Of a stretch of 64,000 nucleotides of DNA, positions 30,233 to 40,036 are shown one piece after another. Position 1 is the first letter of the stretch. Each line of letters begins with the position of its first letter. A program made the translations under genes and the position numbers. The stretch lies in contig JBEGVH010000016.1 in the NCBI GenBank assembly GCA_041178425.1, positions 1 through 64,000 of the forward strand, written 5' to 3'. The notes below the pieces were generated by a model. The model had not been told where the DNA came from. It searched no databases and was given only the letters and a program-made list of their open reading frames with translations. The DNA comes from Pseudomonadota bacterium. GTDB taxonomy: Bacteria > Bdellovibrionota > Bdellovibrionia > Bdellovibrionales > Bdellovibrionaceae.

Positions 30233-30924
30233 AGTTTAAATACCGCCCCAGCCGTCAAAAATTGGCTCGTAAATTGTCCATCCGATAAGACATGTAAATG
30301 ATCTTTAATTCCGCTTTCGATAAAAAAGCCGTTCTTGTCCCATATATCGTTCCAACGGACGCCAAAGATCAATTGATAATCTAATGTTAAACTGGATTCT
30401 TTTTCGAGTTGGTTGAGAAAAATACCAGGGCCAGCCCCCAAACCGAAGTAAATTGGGAAATTTGTTCCAGAATCTGGAAACGTGAGCAGCGGAAGAAAGC
30501 TTATTTTGATGGGCTTTTCTTGGCCAATTTCATACTGAAAATAATCCAATCGCAAATTGAGATCCATGGTTCGGGTCCACTCACCCACTTTATAGGTAAC
30601 TCCGGTGGTTTGAACTCCCGCTCGCTCCGAAGACACCTGATCTCCCCACTGATAGGCTTTAGAGCGCAAATAACCACCCACGTGGAGACTCAGTAACCGA
30701 GAATTGACCCCTGTGTTGGACGATTCCTTCGTGAAATACTTTTGCGCTGCCGAACGACCAACGCTAGTACCAGGATTCAGAGCCTCACTCCCCACATTAT
30801 CCTCGACCAAAATTTTGGCCTCCAACGGCACCACAGTGGAAAAAAGTGCAATCAACACCAACAATGAACGACAAGAGAGCTTAAGGTTTAGAACTTTGAG
30901 TTTCGTCATCATAATTGTAATCAT
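30229..30924 (-). CDS. Putative small outer-membrane beta-barrel protein
   Basis: Signal peptide and amphipathic strands (PIYFGLGAG, YQLIFGVRW); ends AVFKL. Confidence 0.55.
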   Translation of the reverse strand: MITIMMTKLKVLNLKLSCRSLLVLIALFSTVVPLEAKILVEDNVGSEALNPGTSVGRSAAQKYFTKESSNTGVNSRLLSLHVGGYLRSKAYQWGDQVSSERAGVQTTGVTYKVGEWTRTMDLNLRLDYFQYEIGQEKPIKISFLPLLTFPDSGTNFPIYFGLGAGPGIFLNQLEKESSLTLDYQLIFGVRWNDIWDKNGFFIESGIKDHLHVLSDGQFTSQFLTAGAVFKL

Positions 30925-31127
30925 AGGAGCACTCTGGACCTTTTGTCAGTAAGTCTTCCCTAGGGCATCCCTTTCGATTTACGATCGAGACTTTGGTCTA
31001 GTCTTCGGTTTGATATTGAATCTTTAGTTAATTCAGCAAATTAACGCAAAGCAAACCCTCAAAAATGAGGTTCTTATTGACCACTTTTAGGAGGCTCTCT
31101 AGAAGAGTGTTCAAAGGAGTTTTTTGA

Positions 31128-31604
31128 ATGAAGTGCCCCTATTGTGGTAAGGATGAGGATCGAGTTTTAGACACCCGCATCCAAAAAGAAGGCGAAATCA
31201 TTAAGCGACGAAGGGAATGCCTTCATTGCAAGGGGCGTTTCAGTACAATTGAGACGCTCATGGTTCAATTTCCATTTATCATTAAAAAAGATGGCCGCAG
31301 AGAGCCCTTCAGCCGCGAAAAACTTTTACGAGGGATCCAAGCCGCTTGCCAAAAGCGCCCTATCAGCTTAGCTCAGATGGAAACAATTGTGGAAATCGTT
31401 TCTCATTGGGTTCTCGGTCGGATGGAAAAAGAAATTCCATCTCAAGCTTTGGGCCAAAGAGTCATGCAGGAGCTGAGAAAACTCGACAACGTCGCCTATG
31501 TGCGTTTTGCCAGCGTTTATCGGACATTCAAGGATGTTCAAGAGTTCTTTGATACTCTTGAAGACGATTCCAACGAAATTAAGGAAAACATTCATGCGCC
31601 GTAA
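31128..31604 (+). CDS. nrdR: Transcriptional repressor NrdR
   Basis: Zn ribbon CPYC...RRREC..C, ATP cone, and AYVRFASVYR. Confidence 0.97.
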   Translation: MKCPYCGKDEDRVLDTRIQKEGEIIKRRRECLHCKGRFSTIETLMVQFPFIIKKDGRREPFSREKLLRGIQAACQKRPISLAQMETIVEIVSHWVLGRMEKEIPSQALGQRVMQELRKLDNVAYVRFASVYRTFKDVQEFFDTLEDDSNEIKENIHAP

Positions 31605-31995
31605 AGCTCGCGAACTTGCTCTTCAATTACTTTTTCAAGCCGAATTTTCTGAGCCGCTGACTATAGAAGCCATTGTGAGAGCTCACGAATCCGACGGAGA
31701 GTTTTCCCCCGATATTCAAATTTACGCCAAAGAGTTAGTACGGGGAGTGCGATCTTATAAAGCAGAAATAGACAGTCTTATTCAACGACATAGCGCTCAC
31801 TGGAAGCTAGAGAGAATGGCTACCATCGACAGAAATGTTCTAAGAGTGGCTGTTTTTGAAATGAAGTTTGCCGGAGAACCCGTTTCTCCTGCCATCGTTA
31901 TTAATGAAGCTCTTGAAATCGCAAAAATCTATGGCGGAACAGACTCCTCTAGCTTTATCAACGGCCTTTTAGATCAAGTCGCCAAAGGACTCTAA
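31594..31995 (+). CDS. nusB: Transcription antitermination factor NusB
   Basis: Motifs MRRKARELALQ, WKLERM..IDR.VLR, INEA and FINGLLD. Confidence 0.95.
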   Translation: MRRKARELALQLLFQAEFSEPLTIEAIVRAHESDGEFSPDIQIYAKELVRGVRSYKAEIDSLIQRHSAHWKLERMATIDRNVLRVAVFEMKFAGEPVSPAIVINEALEIAKIYGGTDSSSFINGLLDQVAKGL

Positions 31996-32447
31996 TGCTG
32001 ACGAGAATGGACCATTCAAGAGCTTTCGATCGGGGAGATAGCCTATGGATAATCCCTCATGACTCGAGTTCTTACTGGTATCAGCGCTTGAATTGGCTTA
32101 CCAATTTTAAACTCACGGCTAATGAGCTGCACTCGCGGCCTAAATTAGACCCCTGGCTGCTAAAACTCTTAGACACCTGCGACATTAAGGCACCTGAAAT
32201 ACCGATTGCTGATCCACTTCTCGTTCCTGTAGCACAGTGGCTTCCAGCGGATTGGCTTATTATTCTCCCCTATTCTTCTCCAAATGACTCTCAGTTTGTT
32301 CAAAAAATTAAAGAGGTGTGGGAACAATTTCAACGTCCCGCAATGAGAGTCTTTGTTCCCAAAGACATTTCTTCCAAGAACCTTGAATCACTTTGGATTC
32401 GACACAAAATAACTAACCAAGCTACTTTTGTCTTCGAAACAGAATAA
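31995..32447 (+). CDS. Hypothetical protein, possibly a degenerate M17-peptidase N-terminal-like domain
   Basis: TAATG coupling to nusB. The LNWLTNFKL resemblance is weak. Confidence 0.5.
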   Translation: MLTRMDHSRAFDRGDSLWIIPHDSSSYWYQRLNWLTNFKLTANELHSRPKLDPWLLKLLDTCDIKAPEIPIADPLLVPVAQWLPADWLIILPYSSPNDSQFVQKIKEVWEQFQRPAMRVFVPKDISSKNLESLWIRHKITNQATFVFETE

Positions 32448-32500
32448 TGATGCAGGCACTGCTTTCTTGACCATCGCCACCTATGCTCTAGACTTCTTGT

Positions 32501-33055
32501 ATGAGCATTATTTCAACAGATAAAATTAAAAGTAGTCTTAAAAAAATCGAGGCAGAGGTCCAACATTTACTCGAGCTTAAGCCAACGCCGATTGATTTGT
32601 TTGAGGTTTCCACCGACTTCGAGAATGACCGATTTCAAATTCAAGCTAACGATAGAGAAGAGTTCTATATTCTTCTGTTCTCGAGACTGTCCCAGTCCTT
32701 TGAGAAGGGATTTCTTTTAGAAGCTTCCAATAACTATTCAGATAAAGCTTGGACCTGTGCCCTTCATTTTTCTGAGGGAAGTATTTCAGTTGCTGAACAT
32801 CCGATTCCCGTCGAAATCACAATCCCTTCGCCCGGACCAAACAAAGTGATAAAAGCTAGTCCGCTTGAATGGAACTTAAAAACAGTCTCTTGGAAAACCT
32901 TGATTCCCGTTGGCAGAGAATGGTCTGCACTCCTTTTTGAGATCTCGCCGGATATTCGTTTTTTATTTATAACTCGTTTGGCTGAACCATGGCTCCAAAT
33001 TCAAACGGAAAAAGCTCACCAGTTTATTGAAAGGGCGCTATCACTTCAACCATGA
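32501..33055 (+). CDS. Hypothetical protein
   Basis: 184-aa ORF preceded by TTGACC-N16-TAGACT-N6-ATG. Overlaps the start of the next gene. Confidence 0.55.
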   Translation: MSIISTDKIKSSLKKIEAEVQHLLELKPTPIDLFEVSTDFENDRFQIQANDREEFYILLFSRLSQSFEKGFLLEASNNYSDKAWTCALHFSEGSISVAEHPIPVEITIPSPGPNKVIKASPLEWNLKTVSWKTLIPVGREWSALLFEISPDIRFLFITRLAEPWLQIQTEKAHQFIERALSLQP

Positions 33056-33888
33056 ATAAAGGAACTATATACATCATTTCAGATAGCACCGGAGAGACCG
33101 CGGCCACAATGACCAGAGCCGCTCTTGTTCACTTTCCAGAAATCGACATTACCATTGTTCGTTACAAAAATATTCGCAGCGAGCATCAAGTTGAAAGCCT
33201 CGTTGATGAAGCTTTTCAATCTCGGGCCATGCTTATCTATACCGTTGTATCTCCACAATTGCGGAATAAGATTCGCGATCTGGCTGGAGAAAAAGGTCTG
33301 GTCTTTTTTGATCTACTCGGCCCTCTACTCGGCCAACTTGGTTCTTACTTAGGCGCTTCTGACGAACAACATAAAGTCGGCGCGCTCAGAGCCGTAGACG
33401 AACGATATTTCAAAAGAATTGAAGCGATAGAATATACCGTGAAACACGACGATGGAAAATGTCTCACCGATTTAGATAAAGCCGATATTATTCTCGTGGG
33501 TATTAGCAGAACAAGTAAAACGCCACTTTCAATCTTTTTGAGTCATAAAGGCTGGAAAGTAGCAAATATTCCCTTGGTTTTAAATCAAGCGCTTCCCGAA
33601 GAATTATTTAAAGTTGATCAGCGCAAAATTGTAGGTTTATTGATTGATCTCCCAAGTTTACAAAAAATCCGCCGTAATCGACTAGAAAAGTTTGGTACTG
33701 ATCCTGGTGGTGAGTACGCATCGATGTCCTACATCGAAAATGAACTCGCATATGCAGAAGAACTCTTTCGAAAAAATAAACGGTGGCCGATATTTAACGT
33801 TACCGAACGGGCACTAGAAGAAACGGCAAGCGAAATTACTCGAATTGTTGCTACACGTATGGGCTGGCCCGATTCAGCCCTTTTTTAA
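33052..33888 (+). CDS. ppsR: PEP synthase/PPDK regulatory kinase-pyrophosphorylase (DUF299)
   Basis: Motifs SDSTGETA, YFKRIEAIEYTVKHDDG, GISRTSKTPLS and EETA. Confidence 0.92.
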   Translation: MNKGTIYIISDSTGETAATMTRAALVHFPEIDITIVRYKNIRSEHQVESLVDEAFQSRAMLIYTVVSPQLRNKIRDLAGEKGLVFFDLLGPLLGQLGSYLGASDEQHKVGALRAVDERYFKRIEAIEYTVKHDDGKCLTDLDKADIILVGISRTSKTPLSIFLSHKGWKVANIPLVLNQALPEELFKVDQRKIVGLLIDLPSLQKIRRNRLEKFGTDPGGEYASMSYIENELAYAEELFRKNKRWPIFNVTERALEETASEITRIVATRMGWPDSALF

Positions 33889-33908
33889 AATTGACTAAAG
33901 TGAAACGA

Positions 33909-34814
33909 CTAAATGCGATCTTGAGCCAATAGAGCGTTGTAGAAATAGTCAAACAAGGCTTGTTTCTCTTCATTTGGCTGAGCATAAAAAAGTAAGTCAA
34001 CTTGGTAACTAAAATCCTCAACATGGATCCTTTGAAGTCGCCCCAACTTTACTTGTTTTCTAATACTATGTGAGGGCAAAAATCCCCAGCCCAAACCAGT
34101 TTCCACAACTCTCTTTAAGGTGCCGACATTAGAGGACTCAAAAACGACTTTTAGATCAACTCCAGCGGCTTTGATTTTTTTATTCAAATTCTCATGAAAG
34201 GCTTGATATTCACCTTGAAAAAGTATGTGTGGGTGTTTGCCCAATTCACTTAGTCTTATTTCTCGAGGCACTCCCTGTTCCTTTCCAGAGGCCACCAACC
34301 AGAAATCTTCTTTTTGTAAAAATCGGCCCTGGATATCTTCTAATGAAATAGAAAACTCTTTTTCAAGATGGGGGGCAATGAGCACATCGATTTGATTTTT
34401 TTTGTAGAGCTTAATCAAATCATCAACTCGACCGTACTCCAATCTCATTTGAATGTCTGGATTATGCTTTAGAAGCTTGCCAAGTACACCTGTCATCAAA
34501 TGTAGACCTATCGAATTGAGACACCCAACCCTTAAATGTCCTGACAGCTTTGCGTTCATCATGGTCACAGAGGCTTCGGTCTGCTGTACCATTTGGAGAA
34601 TTTTTTTTGCCTGCTCAAACAAGAGCTCACCTTGACTTGTGGGCTTAATATGCCGAACTCCCCTGACTAGAAGTTCTACGCCTAGACCCTCCTCAAGGCT
34701 TCGGATTTGCTGACTTACGGCGGGCTGAGTGAGGTAGAGCTTGTCGGCGGCGGCTGTCATGCTACCTTCACTGACGACGGTCACAAAACTTTGTAGTTGG
34801 TAGAGGTTGATCAC
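33909..34814 (-). CDS. LysR-family transcriptional regulator
   Basis: HTH GSMTAAADKLYLTQPAVSQQIRSLE. GGAGGA SD before GTG 34814. Confidence 0.92.
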   Translation of the reverse strand: MINLYQLQSFVTVVSEGSMTAAADKLYLTQPAVSQQIRSLEEGLGVELLVRGVRHIKPTSQGELLFEQAKKILQMVQQTEASVTMMNAKLSGHLRVGCLNSIGLHLMTGVLGKLLKHNPDIQMRLEYGRVDDLIKLYKKNQIDVLIAPHLEKEFSISLEDIQGRFLQKEDFWLVASGKEQGVPREIRLSELGKHPHILFQGEYQAFHENLNKKIKAAGVDLKVVFESSNVGTLKRVVETGLGWGFLPSHSIRKQVKLGRLQRIHVEDFSYQVDLLFYAQPNEEKQALFDYFYNALLAQDRI

Positions 34815-34879
34815 GATTAATCCTCCTGTATAATCTAAAATAAAAGCAGAGATTTCGACTTTTAACAAAAGAGAATTTC

Positions 34880-35614
34880 ATGAATTTTAGAAATTTAATG
34901 GCCTTTTTGTTTATTATTCTTACTAGCGTTTTCTCTGAAGCGAAAATGTTTAGAAACGCTTATCTTGCCTTCGAACTACCTGAGGGCTGGAACTGCGCCC
35001 TAGAAGCGACGGAGTGGATTTGTCGTAGCCAGGATACGGCGTCTGCGAAGCAAGCGATTATCATATTTACCGCTAAAGAAGTGGGCCCTACCGATAGCTT
35101 TTCCATCTACGAGCAAACAATTAACACCCCAAGAACTGTCAGTGACAAAACAGGAAAGGCTGTAACGTCGATGGTTGTGATGAAGGGAAAGCAAACTAAA
35201 ATCAACGATCAGCTTTGGATTGAGGGATTACAAAAAGGAAGTGAGATTCCCAATTATTTCACTCGCTATGTTGCCACAATTAAAGAAAAAATAGCTATCC
35301 TTGTTACTTTTAGTGCCCATGCCGATCACTATGCCAAATACTCAACCGATTTCTTTAAAGCCATACAGAGTCTTCGAGTAATTGCTTCGAAAAACCTCTT
35401 AGCTCAGCCCAGCGGAACTTCGGGTGGGGCCAATACCGCAGGCGTCTGGGGAGCCGCAAGTTCAGCGCCAGGTGGGTTAAGCATGACTGGCGAAGCGCCC
35501 TTTGGACGCCGCAAACAATCTAAATCAAACAATCTAACCTATATTCTGATCACCGTCGGAGCATTATTAGTAGCCGCCGGCGCCTTTTTCTTCTTAAGAA
35601 CACGCAAACACTAA
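34880..35614 (+). CDS. Exported protein with a C-terminal TM anchor
   Basis: Signal peptide, Gly/Ser linker, and C-terminal TM followed by RTRKH. Confidence 0.7.
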   Translation: MNFRNLMAFLFIILTSVFSEAKMFRNAYLAFELPEGWNCALEATEWICRSQDTASAKQAIIIFTAKEVGPTDSFSIYEQTINTPRTVSDKTGKAVTSMVVMKGKQTKINDQLWIEGLQKGSEIPNYFTRYVATIKEKIAILVTFSAHADHYAKYSTDFFKAIQSLRVIASKNLLAQPSGTSGGANTAGVWGAASSAPGGLSMTGEAPFGRRKQSKSNNLTYILITVGALLVAAGAFFFLRTRKH

Positions 35615-35647
35615 AAATAAAAAACCCACTAATTACTTAGTGGGTTT
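35613..35647 (-). terminator. Intrinsic terminator between convergent genes (after fliW)
   Basis: AAACCCACTAA-TTAC-TTAGTGGGTTT with an A-tract on the left, read as a U-tract on the minus strand. Confidence 0.75.
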
Positions 35648-35675
35648 ATACAATAATCATACTTTATAAAGCCCT

Positions 35676-36206
35676 TTAAGTAGCAGCCTCAGGTCCTATG
35701 GGCCTAACAACAACGCCAAGATCAGAGACATTTGTTTGACTCTTGATCGAAACAGAAGGGTTCTGCACCACTCGCTGCTGCAATTTTGCAAAAATAGCCT
35801 CACGAATTTGCAACTGATTATCCTGAAGCACGCACTGACGAGCTAAACGCAGCTTCACATTCACCAAAATAGGAGCCTTCAAATTTGCCGTCATGAGGGT
35901 TGGATCCTCTGGAATTGTGATAATGGCGAAGGCTCGCGGGCGCTGTCCACCCTCAAGACGAAGCGACTCATTGTCTGTTTTTGTGAGCATTGGTTTATAT
36001 TCAGGAGCAAAAATTTCTGGTTCTAAAACTGGAAATGCAATATCGGGCACTTCGCAACTTTGTAGCCATGCAAAGATTTCGTCGTTAGGGTCATCAAGCA
36101 AAACAAAACGACGTAAATCATTAAAGCCAAGGATTCCCTCTGGAAAATTAATGACATCCTCTTGCGCGATCTGAACTTTTCCAAATCGTGTCGTAGTGAT
36201 AATCAC
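35676..36206 (-). CDS. fliW: Flagellar assembly factor / CsrA antagonist FliW
   Basis: Motifs TTRFG, FPEGILGF, WLQS and TANLKAPI. AGGAGG SD before GTG 36206. Confidence 0.93.
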   Translation of the reverse strand: MIITTTRFGKVQIAQEDVINFPEGILGFNDLRRFVLLDDPNDEIFAWLQSCEVPDIAFPVLEPEIFAPEYKPMLTKTDNESLRLEGGQRPRAFAIITIPEDPTLMTANLKAPILVNVKLRLARQCVLQDNQLQIREAIFAKLQQRVVQNPSVSIKSQTNVSDLGVVVRPIGPEAAT

Positions 36207-36515
36207 AGTCCCTCCTGTTAAAAACCGTTTTTTGGCGATCATCCTTGGTTTTAAATCCAAAAAACGTCTTACCGATACTAGTTCAAATCGGCCATTCGTT
36301 TGCCCGATTGCCTCTGCAGAAATCTTAAAGACAAACTCTAATGCTCGCTTTGCAGATTCCACATTGAGACTCTTTAAATAGTACCCTGATTAAAATGTGA
36401 CTTTATTTTTGAAGGGAAACAAGATAAATCTAGACCTGCCTGATTCGACGCACAAAGCCAACCTCATCACTACAGTGGAGATTGGTTTGGATTACTTTAC
36501 CTTATGAAGTGCTAA

Positions 36516-36758
36516 TTAACCTGAATGCTCTTCTTTTTTTAACATTCTTGAAATCGAGCGAGTGACATCAGAAGTAGAACTAGCCGCTTGCTGGTTTTGC
36601 TCCTGAATTGCCATATAAACTTCTTCTCTGTGAATTTTAGTGTCCTTGGGAGCCTCGATACCAAGCCTTACTTGCTTTCCCTTGATTTGGACAACTCTAA
36701 TCTTGATGTGATCATCTATTGCAATGCTCTCACCAAGTTTGCGCGTCAACACTAACAT
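36516..36758 (-). CDS. csrA: Carbon storage regulator CsrA, FliW-type (N55, C-terminal extension)
   Basis: MLVLTRK...VRLGIEAP...HREEVY, with Asn at position 55. Confidence 0.97.
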   Translation of the reverse strand: MLVLTRKLGESIAIDDHIKIRVVQIKGKQVRLGIEAPKDTKIHREEVYMAIQEQNQQAASSTSDVTRSISRMLKKEEHSG

Positions 36759-36861
36759 GTTTACTCCTTCAACATCCAGGTCAAAGTCCTCGGATCAGTT
36801 TGATCACACTCTCAGAGCGATTTTTATAAATAATCGCTACTGATTGAGGATGACATCCTAC

Positions 36862-36888
36862 TTATCGGCAACTCTAAGTGGAACTGTA
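36862..36888 (-). promoter_or_regulatory. sigma28 promoter for csrA(-fliW)
   Basis: Minus strand TACA-N15-GCCGATAA: perfect -10 element and canonical spacing. Confidence 0.75.
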
Positions 36889-36898
36889 GGTATTATTT

Positions 36899-37993
36899 CT
36901 ATTTTAGAAAGTCAAGGAGACTTGGTTGGATCAATCGGCCGGAAGTTTCTAAGCTAGCCTTAAGAGCCGATTCGGCTCTATGAATATCATTTACCAATTG
37001 GAAAACGTCTGCATCTTCTGTGAGCGAGGCCCTTGTCCGGGACTCAACCACTTCTTTTTGAAGGGATTCTTGGGTGCTGTTTAGAGTAGCAACTCGCGCA
37101 CCGACCTGAGCTCGACCTGAAATAACTTGATTGAAGGCTAAATCGATTTCTTCGAGACTGTCTTGAATACCCTTTTTGTTGTCAGTTTGCAGAGAAATGA
37201 CCAAATGGTTAAGAACCTCAAAGATATTGGCACCAGCTGTTTTTTTATATTCGGCGCCCTCTTGACCGTCATCGGGCCCCCCAACGGTCGCAATCCCTCT
37301 GGTGATCTTATCTGATCGGTGTACTTCTGCCAAAGGCACCTGCTGATTAATGCGCTCTTCTTCGATTAGTTGAGCCTCTTTGAACTTCTTAAGAGCGTCA
37401 GCCCCCCTCGGAACATCGGTCGCATCAACAGTGCCTTCGCTTGCACTTTCACCCAGGAAAATACGGTCACCTGGAATATTCATCGTTGAGTAGGCATCCT
37501 TATTGACCTGAATTTTTATTTCACCATTATCTCCATGATAGGTACCATCTTTTGAAAACGGTGCCTGATTGGTTCTGAACCCGCCAAAAATATACCGATC
37601 ACCAGCCTTACCGTTTGCTAACTGCAAGGTCTGCTTTAACAATTGCTCAACTTCTCGAGCTGCCACTTGTCGAGTTCCTATGTTGGCGGAAGCCTCACTC
37701 GCTTGATTTAGGGCTACTTCTTTGGCCCGACTTAGAATATCAGTCACTTCACTTAAAGATTGATCGGTAAAACTTAAAAAATCTCTCGCTATATCAATCG
37801 ATTTTAAAAATTGGCGTTGGTTTCTTTCATCGGATTTTGCACCGAGTACGCGAGTAGCTCCAAGAGGATCATCGGACGGCTTATTAATTCTACGCTGGGT
37901 GGAACTTTGCTCCTGCAAGTTATGCATTTCTAACCTGTTTCGTCCCAGGCTACTTTGAACTTGTTGAAGGGCCATTTTATCCGCGATTCTCAT
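36899..37993 (-). CDS. flgL: Hook-associated protein 3
   Basis: Motifs RINKPSDDP, YIFGG and QPSLLDFLK. Confidence 0.93.
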   Translation of the reverse strand: MRIADKMALQQVQSSLGRNRLEMHNLQEQSSTQRRINKPSDDPLGATRVLGAKSDERNQRQFLKSIDIARDFLSFTDQSLSEVTDILSRAKEVALNQASEASANIGTRQVAAREVEQLLKQTLQLANGKAGDRYIFGGFRTNQAPFSKDGTYHGDNGEIKIQVNKDAYSTMNIPGDRIFLGESASEGTVDATDVPRGADALKKFKEAQLIEEERINQQVPLAEVHRSDKITRGIATVGGPDDGQEGAEYKKTAGANIFEVLNHLVISLQTDNKKGIQDSLEEIDLAFNQVISGRAQVGARVATLNSTQESLQKEVVESRTRASLTEDADVFQLVNDIHRAESALKASLETSGRLIQPSLLDFLK

Positions 37994-38019
37994 AAACTAA
38001 AGGAGTTCCTTTCTCATCA

Positions 38020-39429
38020 TCACATTGGCTTCAAGCCAAGAATAGTATTAAACATTTCATCGGCAGTTCTCACAATTCGAGCTGAAGCATCAAAGCTGCG
38101 CTGAAACTCGATCATTTTAGTCGCCTCTTCATCGAGACTGACCCCGCTGATACTCTCTCGAAGATTTGATAGTTGAGTTAAAATGTTTTTTTGTGATTCA
38201 CTTTCGTTCTTAGCTCTAGCCGCCAAAACCCCCACTTGGGAAATAGAGGCCCTGTAGTAGTCGTCAAGAGTTGCCGTCCCATCATTTAAAATGGGCAAGG
38301 ATTGCAACTTTGTGATGACGTTGGCAACCGTATTATCAGCAACACCCTTTTCTTTAATGCCCGTAACCACTCTATTGACATCTTTTTTGAGCGCGGCGTT
38401 TACACTCATCGTTGCCGCAGCTCCCTTTACGTCTTTTGGATCTTCGAAAAATCCGAGGCCAGGACGCCCGACGAGATCAACCCCTTGAGAATGCACTCGG
38501 TTAACTTCACTTGTTAAGGTATGAGCCAATGTATCGACTCGCTCTTTGAATTCTTCGATAGTCTTATCTCTAACCTCAATCAATGCACCAAGCTTACCAC
38601 CCGTAATGGTTTTTGTGAGAGGCACAGCTTCTCCGGCTGTTGTTTTAAATACTACATCTAAAATATCTCCATTGGCTGACGGATGAGTATCCAGCTCTAA
38701 AGCTGTAAAACCAGAAACAAGAATCGCATTTCTACCCGCAACGATCGTTACCTGTCCGTTATCACTTTCGGAGCAAGTAATATCGATTTTCTCATTTAAT
38801 TTTTTTAAAAGAAGATCTCGACGATCTCGCTCATCGTTATCAGGTATTCCCTGCATTTCGACAGCCGCAATCTTTTCGTTCAAATTGGCAATTTCTTTGA
38901 CCATCTGATTGATTTCAACCACATGGGTTTTAATTTGCATATTCAAGTCTTGCTGGGCACCCACAAGATTACTATTTACTCGCTGAAAATCCGATGCAAG
39001 AATTTGCCCTGCATCTCTGACGAAAGTTCTTGTGGCGATACTTTCAGGCGTATTTGCGAGCTCTCTAAAGGCATTAAAGAATTCACTCATATTTTGGCTG
39101 AGCCCCTTGTTCACTTGCTCATTGTAAATTTGCTCAACACTTGCAAGTGCCTCGGCTCGGGCATCCATAAAACCGCTGTTAGAGGTTTCCTTCTGAATTT
39201 GTTTTTCTAGATAGGGGTTATTGATTCTCGTGACCTGTGAGGCACGAGAGCCTGTTCCAATTTGTAAACGGCCGACAGAAAATGGGACGTTCGCTTGCAA
39301 CTCAACTCTTTGACGTGAGTAGCCCTCTGTGGATTTATTCGCGATGTTATGACCAACGGTTTGAAGGGCAGTCTGATTATTCATCATTGCCCTCTTACCT
39401 GTATCTATAAGGAGAGAAATCTTGGACAT
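38020..39429 (-). CDS. flgK: Hook-associated protein 1
   Basis: Motifs GHNIAN..TEGYSRQR and SGVSLDEE. Confidence 0.95.
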   Translation of the reverse strand: MSKISLLIDTGKRAMMNNQTALQTVGHNIANKSTEGYSRQRVELQANVPFSVGRLQIGTGSRASQVTRINNPYLEKQIQKETSNSGFMDARAEALASVEQIYNEQVNKGLSQNMSEFFNAFRELANTPESIATRTFVRDAGQILASDFQRVNSNLVGAQQDLNMQIKTHVVEINQMVKEIANLNEKIAAVEMQGIPDNDERDRRDLLLKKLNEKIDITCSESDNGQVTIVAGRNAILVSGFTALELDTHPSANGDILDVVFKTTAGEAVPLTKTITGGKLGALIEVRDKTIEEFKERVDTLAHTLTSEVNRVHSQGVDLVGRPGLGFFEDPKDVKGAAATMSVNAALKKDVNRVVTGIKEKGVADNTVANVITKLQSLPILNDGTATLDDYYRASISQVGVLAARAKNESESQKNILTQLSNLRESISGVSLDEEATKMIEFQRSFDASARIVRTADEMFNTILGLKPM

Positions 39430-39474
39430 CCTGTCCCCCTTTCTCTAACTCTCGCGAATAAAGGAATCCTTCCT

Positions 39475-39999
39475 TTAAGCTTCGCGACTGATTAGATGAC
39501 CCGAAACCTCTGAACTTTTATCTTTATAACCCTCTCGTCGATAAGTAACACCACCAGTGAGAGTCTCTTTTACGTTGTCAATCGCACCTCTGATTGAACC
39601 AAGAGCAGATTGAATGTATTGTTCGTTTTCTCGATTGAGCTCGGGAATTTTCTTCATCAGAATTTCTAGGGCAGCATGAATACTTCGAAGTTTATCGCCG
39701 CGAGCACTGCCAATCTTTCTAGCTATTTCAAGTAAGCGAGGTTGTTCGGGGTCAAGACCCAATTGCCCAGCCAAATCAGAGGCATATTTAACTCGCAGTG
39801 AATCAAGGCTCTTAAGACGTGAAAGAATGAGCTCTTTCTGCTTGTTGGACTCATCCATTTTTTCAACATCAGCCTTAATGAGAATTTCTTTTTCTTTTCT
39901 TAGAAGATCTAGCATCTGTCGATAGAGTTTGGTTATTTCTTCGAGATTATTTTCTAATTTTATGTACAAGCGATCTAGTGTACCTTCTTGAGCAATCAT
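39475..39999 (-). CDS. flgN: Flagellar export chaperone
   Basis: Coiled-coil protein between flgM and flgK, with N..N and TY motifs. Confidence 0.8.
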   Translation of the reverse strand: MIAQEGTLDRLYIKLENNLEEITKLYRQMLDLLRKEKEILIKADVEKMDESNKQKELILSRLKSLDSLRVKYASDLAGQLGLDPEQPRLLEIARKIGSARGDKLRSIHAALEILMKKIPELNRENEQYIQSALGSIRGAIDNVKETLTGGVTYRREGYKDKSSEVSGHLISREA

Positions 40000-40036
40000 C
40001 CTTGATTCTCTCCTCGTTTTTTATTTTAAATAAAAT

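Noticed and set aside
36207..36362. 51-aa N-terminal extension of FliW in the ORF track
   Set aside because: A strong SD precedes GTG 36206, where FliW similarity begins. The extension reads as structured leader.
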